Of a stretch of DNA of 64,000 bases, positions 26,284 through 35,111 are shown piece after piece. Source of the DNA: a virus; IMG/VR virus record IMGVR_UViG_3300031248_000002; one strand, given 5' to 3'. Numbering within the stretch: the stretch's first letter is position 1; each line of letters opens with the position of its first letter. A model generated the notes under the pieces. The model was not told the origin of the DNA, did not search any database, and saw only the letters and a program-made list of their open reading frames with translations. The position numbers were made by a program, and so were the translations under genes.

Positions 26284-27212
26284 TACTTATTCCTTTTTCT
26301 CGCCAACATCCCCCACAACTTCTCCATGTCAGCGGGCATTTCAGCCGGTAACTTTACGCCCCGAGCCTTCGCGGTTTGTGAATCGCTTGGAAGCGTACAG
26401 TACAAGAACTCCGATGTCTTCTCGATCGCGTTTGTCTTCACGCGCGTCCGGATAATAAAGTCAAACGCGCCTTCGACCAGTTTTTTCGCCGCGCCGTGAA
26501 TCAGCATAGAATTCTTCTGCCGGTATTTTGGCTTCGAGTCGCCGCCCGCAAGATCCTCGACGCGTTCTTTTTCGGTTTCTTTGAACGTCAGGATTTTGTG
26601 CCAGCGTTTGCCGGTCCGGACATTGTACATGTTCAGGTAGTCTTTTACCATCCGGACGGTTCCGTTCAACACCATGCTCCAGTCACGGGTTTCCAGTTGC
26701 AAACCGCTACGACGAGCGTCCGAAATCTCGCGTTCATTCTTCGGCAGGATGTTTTCGCCGATGTATTCCTCAAGCTGGACAAGCTGCGCCTCGCTGCCGC
26801 CGTCCCAGAACACGAGGTCAATCGGCACGTCGTATACTTCTGGCCACAGTTTTTCTGGCGTCTTCAGAAACGTCGTCAGCGTGTTGTAATCGGTTAATCC
26901 TTCTACCTCGTACAAATGCGACAACATATCGGGCGTCGCATCTTCTTTCACCGTCCGCAAGCCGCTTCCCCCTAGCTCGGTTGAGAAATACAACACGTCC
27001 AAACCGATACGCAGGAGATCCCGGATTACAAACGTCTTGCCGGTCCCGGTATCGCCGTAAATCATTGTCTTAACGGGATCGTCGTCGCGTTCGTCCGCCC
27101 GGTAAACGCGGACTTTGCTAACCGGCGTTGGTTTTATCGCCGAATCGGTTTTCACTGACACTTTAGGCCCCGCTGCCGCCGGTTTAGCAGTTAGGTTCAA
27201 CGCTTCTGGCAT
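26283..27212 (-). CDS. AAA_24/Sak4-like P-loop ATPase (309 aa)
   Basis: Walker A is MIYGDTGTGKTF and Walker B-like is LVFWDGGSE. It is a RecA-like phage recombination ATPase type. Confidence 0.65.
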   Translation of the reverse strand: MPEALNLTAKPAAAGPKVSVKTDSAIKPTPVSKVRVYRADERDDDPVKTMIYGDTGTGKTFVIRDLLRIGLDVLYFSTELGGSGLRTVKEDATPDMLSHLYEVEGLTDYNTLTTFLKTPEKLWPEVYDVPIDLVFWDGGSEAQLVQLEEYIGENILPKNEREISDARRSGLQLETRDWSMVLNGTVRMVKDYLNMYNVRTGKRWHKILTFKETEKERVEDLAGGDSKPKYRQKNSMLIHGAAKKLVEGAFDFIIRTRVKTNAIEKTSEFLYCTLPSDSQTAKARGVKLPAEMPADMEKLWGMLARKRNK

Positions 27213-28128
27213 CCGCTTCTCCTATCTGTTCGTTAAGTAACTGCGCTTTGTAAAACTCCGGCAGACCGCGTCGTAACCCACGTTCTATCTGCGGCCACGC
27301 GAATTTCCACAACGCGGACGCGATGTAATCCTTTTCTTCACGAAGCGTATCGGCGGACAATTCTTCCAGTAACACTGGGATATCGCGCATTGAACCTTGC
27401 AAAGTACCGTCGTCTCGCAAATGCTGGATGACTTTGCGCCACCGCGCCTCGGTTCGTAACGCGACGATTAACTTTGCGATCACATCGTTCTTCGACGGGT
27501 TCGCTTCGCCCCATTCTTTCGCGTGCCGTTCGCGGAACTCCGCACGGACGATTTTGGCGATCAAAAGTTTTCCGTCCACGCCGAACACGTTGCCGTCCCG
27601 AGGCTTCAGCACTATACCTTCAATCGGACCGCCGAGACAAGATTCGCGTTTCAGCAACTCGTTGAGAGTATTGGTGAAGTCAGGAGCGGAAATCTGGAAC
27701 TCGCCATACGACGGGACTGGCGTGAAGTCTAGACGCTGCGCGACTTCTCGTTTCTCTTTCGGCGGCAGGAATCGGGATGGTTCGGTTTCGATATCGAAAA
27801 GCACAATGTTACCGGACGGTAGCATCGAATACGCCATTACGTTATGTTTCGGCTTCGACAGGTACTCGCCGCGATATGTCCAGCCGGGGATAAGTGCTTC
27901 GCGACGTTTCAAAATTTCCTCGACGCCGACGCGAAACATGTGTCCGGCCGGGGCCGGAACCGGGATGTCCGCGCCTTTGCTCCGAACGATCACGTCGTCA
28001 CCGACTCGGCCAAACGATATCTGCGACCCGTCGATCTTTTCTTCCGCGACGACCGGGACGGTCAACAACGGGTCTAACGCCCGGTGCCCCAGGTTCAGCA
28101 CATGGGAGTAGCTTGACAGTCTCTCCAT
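27184..28128 (-). CDS. ATP-dependent RNA-ligase-like nucleotidyltransferase (314 aa; RNA versus DNA ligase not resolved)
   Basis: Motif I is EEKIDGSQ, III is YRGEYL, IIIa is IVLFDI, IV is EGIVLKP and V is LLIAKIVRAEF. Confidence 0.7.
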   Translation of the reverse strand: MERLSSYSHVLNLGHRALDPLLTVPVVAEEKIDGSQISFGRVGDDVIVRSKGADIPVPAPAGHMFRVGVEEILKRREALIPGWTYRGEYLSKPKHNVMAYSMLPSGNIVLFDIETEPSRFLPPKEKREVAQRLDFTPVPSYGEFQISAPDFTNTLNELLKRESCLGGPIEGIVLKPRDGNVFGVDGKLLIAKIVRAEFRERHAKEWGEANPSKNDVIAKLIVALRTEARWRKVIQHLRDDGTLQGSMRDIPVLLEELSADTLREEKDYIASALWKFAWPQIERGLRRGLPEFYKAQLLNEQIGEADARSVEPNC

Positions 28129-28167
28129 TATCCCCTCTCTATATAGACGTTCGCTCCGGCCAACAGG

Positions 28168-28266
28168 TTACACATATCCGGACGGCGGCGGTCCAAGGTT
28201 CGATATATCACGGATGACTAGGACGATTACGATAAAGAAAAGTACTATGTATAACACAGCCTCCAT
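28168..28266 (-). CDS. small membrane peptide (32 aa)
   Basis: MEAVLYIVLFFIVIVLVIRD..., preceded by an AGGGGG SD. It is below the ORF-track cutoff. Confidence 0.35.
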   Translation of the reverse strand: MEAVLYIVLFFIVIVLVIRDISNLGPPPSGYV

Positions 28267-28269
28267 TGG

Positions 28270-28689
28270 TTACCCCCTAGCGACCAATAGTTCCTTAGCC
28301 CGGCAAGTGGCGTCCGCTTCCGCAATGTCCTGACTAACCGACGCTTGTTCGGCAGCGGACTCTGGCCACGGTCCGGAGCCGTCTCGGTACCCAAGTCCCG
28401 AGCACGCGGTACAGTTCCGGGAGTCCAGGTTCCGACCGCCGTTACAAACCGGGCAGGCCGTTCGTTCCAGTAACCGGTCGGCGGATGCCGCTAATGCAGA
28501 GTACTCTAGCAGTTCGGGGGTTTCCCCGATTACAGCTTCCGAGATAGTGCCTACAAACGCAAAAGTATTGTTATTTATCTTTGAGTATTCAATGCGACCC
28601 TTTACCTTACGTTTCGCCAAGGTCTCGGCGACCCATTCCGGTTCACCAACATATTCGAGGACACGCAAAACCCGACACACTTTGCCCAT
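28270..28689 (-). CDS. hypothetical protein with DnaJ-type CxxCxG zinc motif (139 aa)
   Basis: It contains CPVCNGGRNLDSRNCTACSGLG. Confidence 0.5.
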   Translation of the reverse strand: MGKVCRVLRVLEYVGEPEWVAETLAKRKVKGRIEYSKINNNTFAFVGTISEAVIGETPELLEYSALAASADRLLERTACPVCNGGRNLDSRNCTACSGLGYRDGSGPWPESAAEQASVSQDIAEADATCRAKELLVARG

Positions 28690-28698
28690 AGTTTCTCC

Positions 28699-28848
28699 TT
28701 ACTTACCTTTGCAATCCGCTTCTAATTCGTCTAGCGTTTGGTAACAGGACGGTTCGACGTAGTACGCGATACCGGCGACGCGCAGAAATTCTTTTAGTTT
28801 TTCGTATTTCGACCAGTTTACCTCGACTCCGATTTCAACTATGAACAT
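28699..28848 (-). CDS. small hypothetical protein (49 aa)
   Basis: ATG at 28848 follows AAAGGAC. It is below the ORF-track cutoff. Confidence 0.35.
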   Translation of the reverse strand: MFIVEIGVEVNWSKYEKLKEFLRVAGIAYYVEPSCYQTLDELEADCKGK

Positions 28849-28862
28849 GTTTTTGTCCTTTC

Positions 28863-28937
28863 TGGTTCCGAGACTACGACTCGAACGTAGATTAGCGGCT
28901 TCAAAGACCGCCGTCCTACCAATTAGACGATCTCGGA
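28863..28937 (-). tRNA. tRNA-Gln (TTG), CCA encoded
   Basis: Hand-folded. Acceptor TCCGAGA/TCTCGGA, anticodon stem GCGGT/GCCGC with loop CTTTGAA, and T arm CTACG-TTCGAGT-CGTAG. Confidence 0.88.
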
Positions 28938-28963
28938 AAACTAGCAGGCAGGGTTCGCCGAGG

Positions 28964-29215
28964 TTACCTAGCGTTCTGAATCTGTACCAGGATCTCGGGA
29001 GATAACTCGTAGTCCGGGCATCGCAACGCAGTCAGAATACATTTTCGGTATTCATCTTCGCTTGAATACTGTGTCCAAGTCCAATGTCCTTTTAGTAAAC
29101 AATACATATCAAACTCCGAGCCCGGAGTCCATTCCGAATATCCGGGAGATCCGGTATGCAGAGCGAAATGTTTGCACCATAAACACAAAGGTTCTGGTTC
29201 ATGCTTTTTAGGCAT
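28964..29215 (-). CDS. hypothetical Cys/Trp-rich protein (83 aa)
   Basis: ORF in the operon, with CLWCKH...C...C. Confidence 0.45.
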   Translation of the reverse strand: MPKKHEPEPLCLWCKHFALHTGSPGYSEWTPGSEFDMYCLLKGHWTWTQYSSEDEYRKCILTALRCPDYELSPEILVQIQNAR

Positions 29216-29218
29216 ATA

Positions 29219-29797
29219 TTACTCCAGAAATTTCTTTAAGTCTCCTAGATTCACGTTGATATTGGTATCGCTAACGCCGCCGTCCGCCGCGATTTGTTTA
29301 CTCGCTTCCAGCCCTAGCTTCTTCGTCATCGGATCGTCGCTAACCGCGCCTTCCAGCATCAACTTGTTCAAGAAACCGGCCCGCGACTTGGCCCGAACGT
29401 CCGGTTCCAGATGAAACGTGTCCATCAACGCCTGCACGCATTCGACGACGTCGCGTCGGCCTTTGAATATCGCGTACGGTAAACCGACCGCTTGCAACGC
29501 CGCTTCTTCACGAACCGTCCCGTTACGGACTAAGTCGATAAACCGCTCGGCGACCACGGCGTTCGCGGATGGTTTCTCTCGGATCTCAGGGCCTTGCCGA
29601 GAAGGGCCGGTGACGCCGGACTCCCGGAGAACAACAAACTTCTCTCCGCTCGGCGCGCGGGGCGGCGCTACTTCTACGGCCGGTTCGTCTGCGTCGTCCG
29701 CGATAACGAATCCGACGGGCGGGCGGTCGTCGGAGTCCGCTTCGTCTGGGATGTCCAGGAGCGGGATGTCGGAAAACTCTTTGTATCGCTTCTTCAT
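29219..29797 (-). CDS. hypothetical protein (192 aa), possible HTH/DNA-binding
   Basis: ORF with an acidic N-terminus. The middle segment RFIDLVRNGTVREEAALQAVGLPY is HTH-like. Confidence 0.45.
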   Translation of the reverse strand: MKKRYKEFSDIPLLDIPDEADSDDRPPVGFVIADDADEPAVEVAPPRAPSGEKFVVLRESGVTGPSRQGPEIREKPSANAVVAERFIDLVRNGTVREEAALQAVGLPYAIFKGRRDVVECVQALMDTFHLEPDVRAKSRAGFLNKLMLEGAVSDDPMTKKLGLEASKQIAADGGVSDTNINVNLGDLKKFLE

Positions 29798-29798
29798 A

Positions 29799-30257
29799 CT
29801 ATAAGAATCTCACGTCTTCCGGACCAACTTGCCCGCCGAAGTTCGCAATAAGAAAGCGTAACAAATACTGGTAGTAATCCGGGAAAACTAACGAATTGTG
29901 AATCGTCCTACGGCCACGCCGGACTACCGGCGGCGTCCAGCGGTACACACCAGACGCAAGACGCATAAACAAACACCCGTCTTCGGCTTTCCCGAGCAGA
30001 CCCAGGCGCTCGTGGCGTAGCGCCCAGGTCAGCGTGAACCGCAACATCCGGCCGATACCGGCGTTGACGGAGCGAAGGATAAACGGATTCGCGATTTCGA
30101 CCCGGAATTCGCCGACCGCCATGTCGGTTAAATATCCGGGCGTTTCCGCTGCGATTTCGGCGATCTCGTGTTCGAGCAACGGCGGCGCGGGAGGCTTGCG
30201 AAGATGGATTTCCGGCCACGGCCGTTCGCCGTCTGACGATAAAGTAACGTCGTCCAC
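29799..30257 (-). CDS. hypothetical protein (152 aa)
   Basis: ORF in the operon. Confidence 0.45.
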   Translation of the reverse strand: MDDVTLSSDGERPWPEIHLRKPPAPPLLEHEIAEIAAETPGYLTDMAVGEFRVEIANPFILRSVNAGIGRMLRFTLTWALRHERLGLLGKAEDGCLFMRLASGVYRWTPPVVRRGRRTIHNSLVFPDYYQYLLRFLIANFGGQVGPEDVRFL

Positions 30258-30258
30258 C

Positions 30259-30654
30259 TTAAAACACCGCTGTTATCTGCACAGTTCCGCCGGGCGTCGG
30301 CGCGGTTTTGGTAAACGTCACAGTCCGTTTGTCCGCCGACACCGTATAATCCTCGCCTTCCACCAGCACTACGGCGTACGTGACCAGCAACCAACGCGGG
30401 TTACTTGGCTCCGATGCCGGAATCGCGTACGTGGTTTGCCCGGCGACTACCGGGAAAGTGTACGTAACCGGCGCGCGCGGGACGGACGGTGGCACTACGC
30501 ATTCTAACGTCGGATACGGCACAGTCGCGTTAACGGCAACCGTGCTGCCCAATTTCGCCCAAGTTACTTTGCCGTTCGTACCCAGAAAAACTACGTGCTG
30601 GGCAAACAATCCGGCGGCGAGAACTAATCCGCCAATACTGATTTTCTTACGCAT
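30259..30654 (-). CDS. secreted beta-rich protein (131 aa)
   Basis: MRKKISIGGLVLAAGLFAQ looks like a signal peptide. The remainder has an Ig-like, beta-strand-rich composition. Confidence 0.55.
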   Translation of the reverse strand: MRKKISIGGLVLAAGLFAQHVVFLGTNGKVTWAKLGSTVAVNATVPYPTLECVVPPSVPRAPVTYTFPVVAGQTTYAIPASEPSNPRWLLVTYAVVLVEGEDYTVSADKRTVTFTKTAPTPGGTVQITAVF

Positions 30655-30793
30655 CGTCGTTTATCTCCTCTTTCGTAACGTTCTTTTTGCGCGGGCGGCA
30701 CGGGGCGCAGAACACAGCCGTAGACCACGGCACGGTTACCCGGAAGCGCTCGGCGCACTCCGGACACCGGCGGGTTAGCTGCCGACGCCGCAT
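30647..30793 (-). CDS. zinc-ribbon mini-protein (48 aa from ATG 30793)
   Basis: It contains CPEC...CAPC. The ORF-track version (to 30904) overlaps the upstream gene by 83 nt. Confidence 0.4.
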   Translation of the reverse strand: MRRRQLTRRCPECAERFRVTVPWSTAVFCAPCRPRKKNVTKEEINDDA

Positions 30794-30821
30794 CCAGATC
30801 TGCCCGCCAACAAGATCCGCT

Positions 30822-31112
30822 TTAGCCGGTCTCGTATCCACGTTTCCCTCGTAACCGATGACTATAGCCCATACGCGGGCCTTCCAGCAGCGTCCACGTA
30901 CCAATCGAGCGGCCGTTCAGAAAAGTAATCGTGCCGTATTCGTCAAAGTCGATTTTGTCGCGCGGCAAATCGCCGACTACCGCGTTAACTGCGCAGTATA
31001 GTTTATTCACTGTTAACGGCCCGGAAAACGTCTGAGTCCAAGCGCAAACCTTAGGCGTGCGATGGTCAAAGATCTGAAACCGGACGACGGATTTGCGTAG
31101 CGGTGGTTTCAT
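30822..31112 (-). CDS. hypothetical protein (96 aa)
   Basis: ATGA overlap with the nuclease gene stop at 31109-31112. Confidence 0.45.
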   Translation of the reverse strand: MKPPLRKSVVRFQIFDHRTPKVCAWTQTFSGPLTVNKLYCAVNAVVGDLPRDKIDFDEYGTITFLNGRSIGTWTLLEGPRMGYSHRLRGKRGYETG

Positions 31113-31882
31113 AACGCGACAACGAGTTTGTCCAAACCATACGCTTGCCGATAAACTTCCGCGATCCCGGCGTGCACCAGATTCCCGAACGCCGTTTCCT
31201 CGCTGTCCGTACGCGCGGACATATGCTGCCGACGCCATTTTTCGTTACACAACATAAACGTCGTCGCCCCAGAATACGAGAACGCCGGAAGCGGGCTTAG
31301 AATACTTACCAACGGCTCAGCGCCATTCCGGCAGTCCGAATCAAACGCGCAGATCCGATTGTACGCTTTGCACGCGAACGGTTTGTTCTGGGGCCAAATT
31401 CCGTAATCCTTTACAGCTTCCCGCGATAAGTACAACGCTTCCAAAAACTCGGCTACGCGCGCTCGGTTATCCGTTGGAACCTCGATCTCGATTTCGCGAA
31501 CTTTGTGCTCCAGGCGCGATACGCCGCGATATACGAACTTCTGTAGATCCAGTGCGTCCGCTGTAATCCGCCATTGCCACGACTCGACTTGCCGGTTCTG
31601 CCACTCGACGTCAAGCGAACCTGTGACGCGCGTTTTCCAATCTATCGCAACATTATCGTTTTCAGCTAATACGTCGCAGATACCACGTGAGTAAAGCGTT
31701 TCAAACCCCAGTTCTACATGGGACACTCGTAGTCCCGCTAGGTCACGCGCTAGAAATCTGTCCGCAAGCACGCGGACAAGGTCTTTCGCGTCCTCGTAGT
31801 CGAAGTCTGGAATAAACGCAGATTTTTCCGCGTCAAGGATTTCGGCGTCCACGCGTGTCCAGTCGATTTCCGGAGTAGACAT
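31109..31882 (-). CDS. PD-(D/E)XK nuclease, Cas4/RecB-like (257 aa)
   Basis: It has the core GICDVLAENDNVAIDWKT and a C-terminal Cys triad, CKAYNRICAFDSDC, which may bind an Fe-S cluster. Confidence 0.65.
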   Translation of the reverse strand: MSTPEIDWTRVDAEILDAEKSAFIPDFDYEDAKDLVRVLADRFLARDLAGLRVSHVELGFETLYSRGICDVLAENDNVAIDWKTRVTGSLDVEWQNRQVESWQWRITADALDLQKFVYRGVSRLEHKVREIEIEVPTDNRARVAEFLEALYLSREAVKDYGIWPQNKPFACKAYNRICAFDSDCRNGAEPLVSILSPLPAFSYSGATTFMLCNEKWRRQHMSARTDSEETAFGNLVHAGIAEVYRQAYGLDKLVVAL

Positions 31883-32053
31883 TTATGCTCCAGTCACCAG
31901 ATACTTGTCTAGCGTTGCGTTCAATGCTTCCGTCAACACCGCCACACGGCATCTCTTCATGTGATCGAGGATTTGGTTACGGCCCCACGACGTCCGATCC
32001 GCTAACTCGTTTTCCAGCAAGTCAATGAATCGGTCTAGCAGTTTTGTGTTCAT
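31883..32053 (-). CDS. small hypothetical protein (56 aa)
   Basis: It is below the ORF-track cutoff. ATG is at 32053, and the stop directly abuts the next ATG. Confidence 0.4.
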   Translation of the reverse strand: MNTKLLDRFIDLLENELADRTSWGRNQILDHMKRCRVAVLTEALNATLDKYLVTGA

Positions 32054-32123
32054 CGTTCAATCTCCCCGCACTTGCAACAGCGTTTTAACGCGTTACCTTG
32101 CCGGTGCCAGCAATGATAATGCT

Positions 32124-32651
32124 TCATTCGACGCCCCGTAGTTTTCTAAGAATCTTAACTGCCGTTGTTGCCCCGTTTATCGCGCGATGCGGGAGCGGTT
32201 CTTCCGGAACACCAAGAAAGGGAGCAATATTCTTCATAGACAAACTCGGGATGTTAGGGAAGGCTTGTAGCGCCATACTGCATAAATCAAGATAATGATA
32301 ATCAACACCAAGCGGCCCGAGCAATCGTTCAGCTTCGTGCAAGAAGCCTCGATCTAACGTGACGTTCTGAGCGAGAATTGACGTCTTACTACCGCCGAGA
32401 AAAGTTATTAGTGTTGGCCAGATATCCCGCAAGTTAGGCGCGTTAACCCATTCGATTGGGTCATATCCATTCACGGCTGCCGCACCCGGAGTACAAACTG
32501 CTATCGGCGACGGTTTCACTTTTGTCTCGTAGGTCCGGTGAATCTCAATACCCGGCCAGCCAACAATGACTATGCCAACCTCGATTATTTCATCTTTGCT
32601 CGGATTCAGACCTGTCGTTTCTAGGTCCAGAACAGCAAGTTTGTCGATCAT
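32124..32651 (-). CDS. DnaQ-like DEDDh 3'-5' exonuclease (175 aa)
   Basis: Exo I is VLDLETTGL, Exo II is AQNVTLDRGFL and Exo III is HRAINGATTA. ATG at 32651 is 1 nt after the upstream stop. Confidence 0.8.
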   Translation of the reverse strand: MIDKLAVLDLETTGLNPSKDEIIEVGIVIVGWPGIEIHRTYETKVKPSPIAVCTPGAAAVNGYDPIEWVNAPNLRDIWPTLITFLGGSKTSILAQNVTLDRGFLHEAERLLGPLGVDYHYLDLCSMALQAFPNIPSLSMKNIAPFLGVPEEPLPHRAINGATTAVKILRKLRGVE

Positions 32652-32652
32652 A

Positions 32653-32943
32653 TCACTTCTCCATCGTTGCTCTCCGCACCACCGCGCTCCACGGTAACCG
32701 CATAACGGGACGTCTGGTAGCGGCGTCGCGTATCGGCCGCACCGCGTCCACAATCCGCCACCACGCGCCGCGATCCGGTAACGCGATGACTTCGATTTTA
32801 CCGCACACAACGCACCGCAACGTCCCGCTTCCGGCGTCCGGGACCGGCGTTACCGCTAACATCGACTCTTTAACCGGCCCGGCGAACGCAACCGGGCGGA
32901 ACGCATGGTCGCAGACAGAAGTCAGCTTACCGTCCTTACTCAT
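32653..32943 (-). CDS. hypothetical protein (96 aa)
   Basis: ORF in the operon, with a Cys pair (CVVCG). Confidence 0.4.
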   Translation of the reverse strand: MSKDGKLTSVCDHAFRPVAFAGPVKESMLAVTPVPDAGSGTLRCVVCGKIEVIALPDRGAWWRIVDAVRPIRDAATRRPVMRLPWSAVVRRATMEK

Positions 32944-33385
32944 TCTGTCCGCCGTGCATCAACACAATCTTCGCGCATTCTATTCCTTCGTCCAGCGTCC
33001 GGCAAATAAACCCGCAGCACGTGTTAAGAATCGGGTGCGAGTGCAGGTTATCTTCTTCCATCACGAGAACAATCGGTTTCCGGAACGCGTCTGCCCAACC
33101 GATTTCAATCATCGTGCCGATTGTGATTTTCGTCGCTCCGAGCAGATTCACTAACATCAAATCGCACGTCCGGACGTCGTTCCGGTCGCGCGTCGTGATC
33201 CCTTTCGCAGTCGCGAACGGATGATTCTCGTACGACTGATTGATGACGCCGACTGATTTAAGGAATTCCTTGCCGCGTAAAGGCGACACGCTACCGGGCA
33301 ACCTCGCGGCGACGTACTCGCGCCAGTCCGTGCACTCGCCGAACGTCAGCCCGGAGATCGGGCCGGATAAATAGATTTTTGGCAT
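32936..33385 (-). CDS. nucleoside 2-deoxyribosyltransferase / DNPH1-like protein (149 aa)
   Basis: The N-terminal KIYLSGPISG and the later MIEIGWADAFRKPIVLV match the NDT-family pattern. Confidence 0.65.
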   Translation of the reverse strand: MPKIYLSGPISGLTFGECTDWREYVAARLPGSVSPLRGKEFLKSVGVINQSYENHPFATAKGITTRDRNDVRTCDLMLVNLLGATKITIGTMIEIGWADAFRKPIVLVMEEDNLHSHPILNTCCGFICRTLDEGIECAKIVLMHGGQNE

Positions 33386-33430
33386 ATTCGCGCGGCTCCT
33401 TACCGCAAGTTTTCTAGAACCGGTGGATCA

Positions 33431-33655
33431 TCAACGTGTGAGAAACAAACGCGCTACTATCACAGTTGCGGCAGTAATAACTCCTAACAGGCTAAGTAGT
33501 GTCACTATCAGCCATGCAACTCTTTCTACATCGCTAAACGTCAGCATATATACCCGTTTCCGGCGAACTTCGGAATCTCGTCCGGACGCCACACAAGCGA
33601 ATCCGGCGCGTACGACCCGTCCGCGTACGGAAACAAGCCCAAACGTTTCGCCCAA
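33431..33655 (-). CDS. possible small membrane protein (start uncertain)
   Basis: A C-terminal TM segment WLIVTLLSLLGVITAATVIVA is present. The start could be TTG 33655 or ATG 33547. The SD is weak. Confidence 0.3.
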   Translation of the reverse strand: MGETFGLVSVRGRVVRAGFACVASGRDSEVRRKRVYMLTFSDVERVAWLIVTLLSLLGVITAATVIVARLFLTR

Positions 33656-33673
33656 CGAATCGCGTCCAGCAAA

Positions 33674-33964
33674 CTAGCGGGTGACGTCATCCAATAACTG
33701 TTCAACTCGTTCTTCATCGGGCTCCTCCAGCAATTTTTTCTTCGCTTCCGCTAGCATCCCGGCAATCGCTGGTAGCAACGTCGGGTCCTTAGCGACCAGC
33801 CGCGAAGTCTCCGGCGTCAGCGCGTGCGCGGAGGCCGTACTCCCGAACTTCTCTTTCCAGAACTGGAAAGGTTGGAAGTGCAAGGCGGGATCTTCCGGTC
33901 CGGGGGGTAAATAGGTAACAGTGACGCCGTTGTGGGCGTGCGACTTCTGCGGCTGGTCCGACAT
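33674..33964 (-). CDS. hypothetical protein (96 aa from ATG 33964)
   Basis: A GGAGAC SD precedes the internal ATG. Confidence 0.45.
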   Translation of the reverse strand: MSDQPQKSHAHNGVTVTYLPPGPEDPALHFQPFQFWKEKFGSTASAHALTPETSRLVAKDPTLLPAIAGMLAEAKKKLLEEPDEERVEQLLDDVTR

Positions 33965-34056
33965 AGTGTACAGTCTCCGGTCCTTTTCGGACTCTATATA
34001 TAAGACGCGGCCCAACGGCCGCAGGTTACAGCGTAATCCTGACTTCGTAATAGAAG

Positions 34057-34302
34057 TTACACGTCCGCCGGGTCCGAGGTCAAATCGGCAGCGGTGAACG
34101 ACCCAATGTACTTTTGCTTACGTACCCCACCGCTCCCAGACGTTAACCATACGATACACGTATCCTCGCCGTTCTCCTCGATTAGCTGGACATCTACCCC
34201 AATCCCCCAGCCGTTAGCGCTCGTCCGAAGCCCGGAGTATTTACTACCTAACCGGGATGCCAATCCGCTCATCCCGCGAACGGTTCCATAAAAATGTGCC
34301 AT
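34057..34302 (-). CDS. hypothetical protein (81 aa)
   Basis: ORF with an AAAGGAG SD. Confidence 0.5.
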   Translation of the reverse strand: MAHFYGTVRGMSGLASRLGSKYSGLRTSANGWGIGVDVQLIEENGEDTCIVWLTSGSGGVRKQKYIGSFTAADLTSDPADV

Positions 34303-34513
34303 ACCGTACTCCTTTTTGGGATCAAATTGTAATCTTGACTACATAATAGAACTAAGACGTAGTAACCCAGCGCCGCTGGGGAACGTCTATCGAGTGTAGC
34401 TCGAAAGCGAAACGGAGAGCGCGGACCTTACTCTGCGAAGGAAGTTTAGCTTCACTTATGCTTCCAAACGGTCATGTCTTAACGATTTCCCAGAGTTTCA
34501 TACTGTCTCCTCT

Positions 34514-35083
34514 TTAACACGCGCACGAGAAAAAGTGCCCGTACATGTCGTCCGGTTTGTGCACGCCGGTAACACGTTCATAATGTTTCCAGAACTCGAC
34601 GGTGTTAAACGAAAAGCCCTCCCATTTGCCTTCGTCGATCAAGTATTCTTCGTTCTCCAGGTACGCTTTCGCACCGTCCATAAGCTCTTGATATGAGATC
34701 CCAGCTTCGCATTCGGCGAAGACGCGCAGCCAGCTTTCGCTCAGCGACGCTGACGGTTTTAGTCCAAGTGGAATGTCGAGAAACGCCGGATGCGTCCAGT
34801 CGTGCCGCAGCGATGAAATCGAACCGGGGAGTAAGTACAGCCAGAATTTCTGGCCGGACTTAATCGCTTTGAGAGGTAAAAACGGATCGGCGATGCCGAC
34901 GACATCGGCTGCGATGTTGGTTTGTTCTACGCGGTCCGTTGTACCCGTGACGAGTTTCAAACGCGTTCCTGGCCACAAATCTGTGTCGGCGGACACGGGC
35001 GCGATAGCAATGTGCACTGCGTCACGCGGTCGATACTCAGAATCGAGAATAATCTTACCGAGTCCTAATTTTTCTTGGTCCAT
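34514..35083 (-). CDS. hypothetical protein (189 aa)
   Basis: ATG at 35083 follows an AAAAGGAG SD. The block VGIADPFL...GQKFWLYLLPGSISSLRHDWTHPAF looks conserved. The function is unknown. Confidence 0.55.
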   Translation of the reverse strand: MDQEKLGLGKIILDSEYRPRDAVHIAIAPVSADTDLWPGTRLKLVTGTTDRVEQTNIAADVVGIADPFLPLKAIKSGQKFWLYLLPGSISSLRHDWTHPAFLDIPLGLKPSASLSESWLRVFAECEAGISYQELMDGAKAYLENEEYLIDEGKWEGFSFNTVEFWKHYERVTGVHKPDDMYGHFFSCAC

Positions 35084-35111
35084 AAACGGCGGCTCCTTTT
35101 TCCGCCTTGGT

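Noticed and set aside
29219-29797. Small terminase subunit
   Set aside because: The HTH-like middle region is reminiscent of TerS, but the gene sits in the early - strand block, far from terL. The call is not supportable without profile searches.
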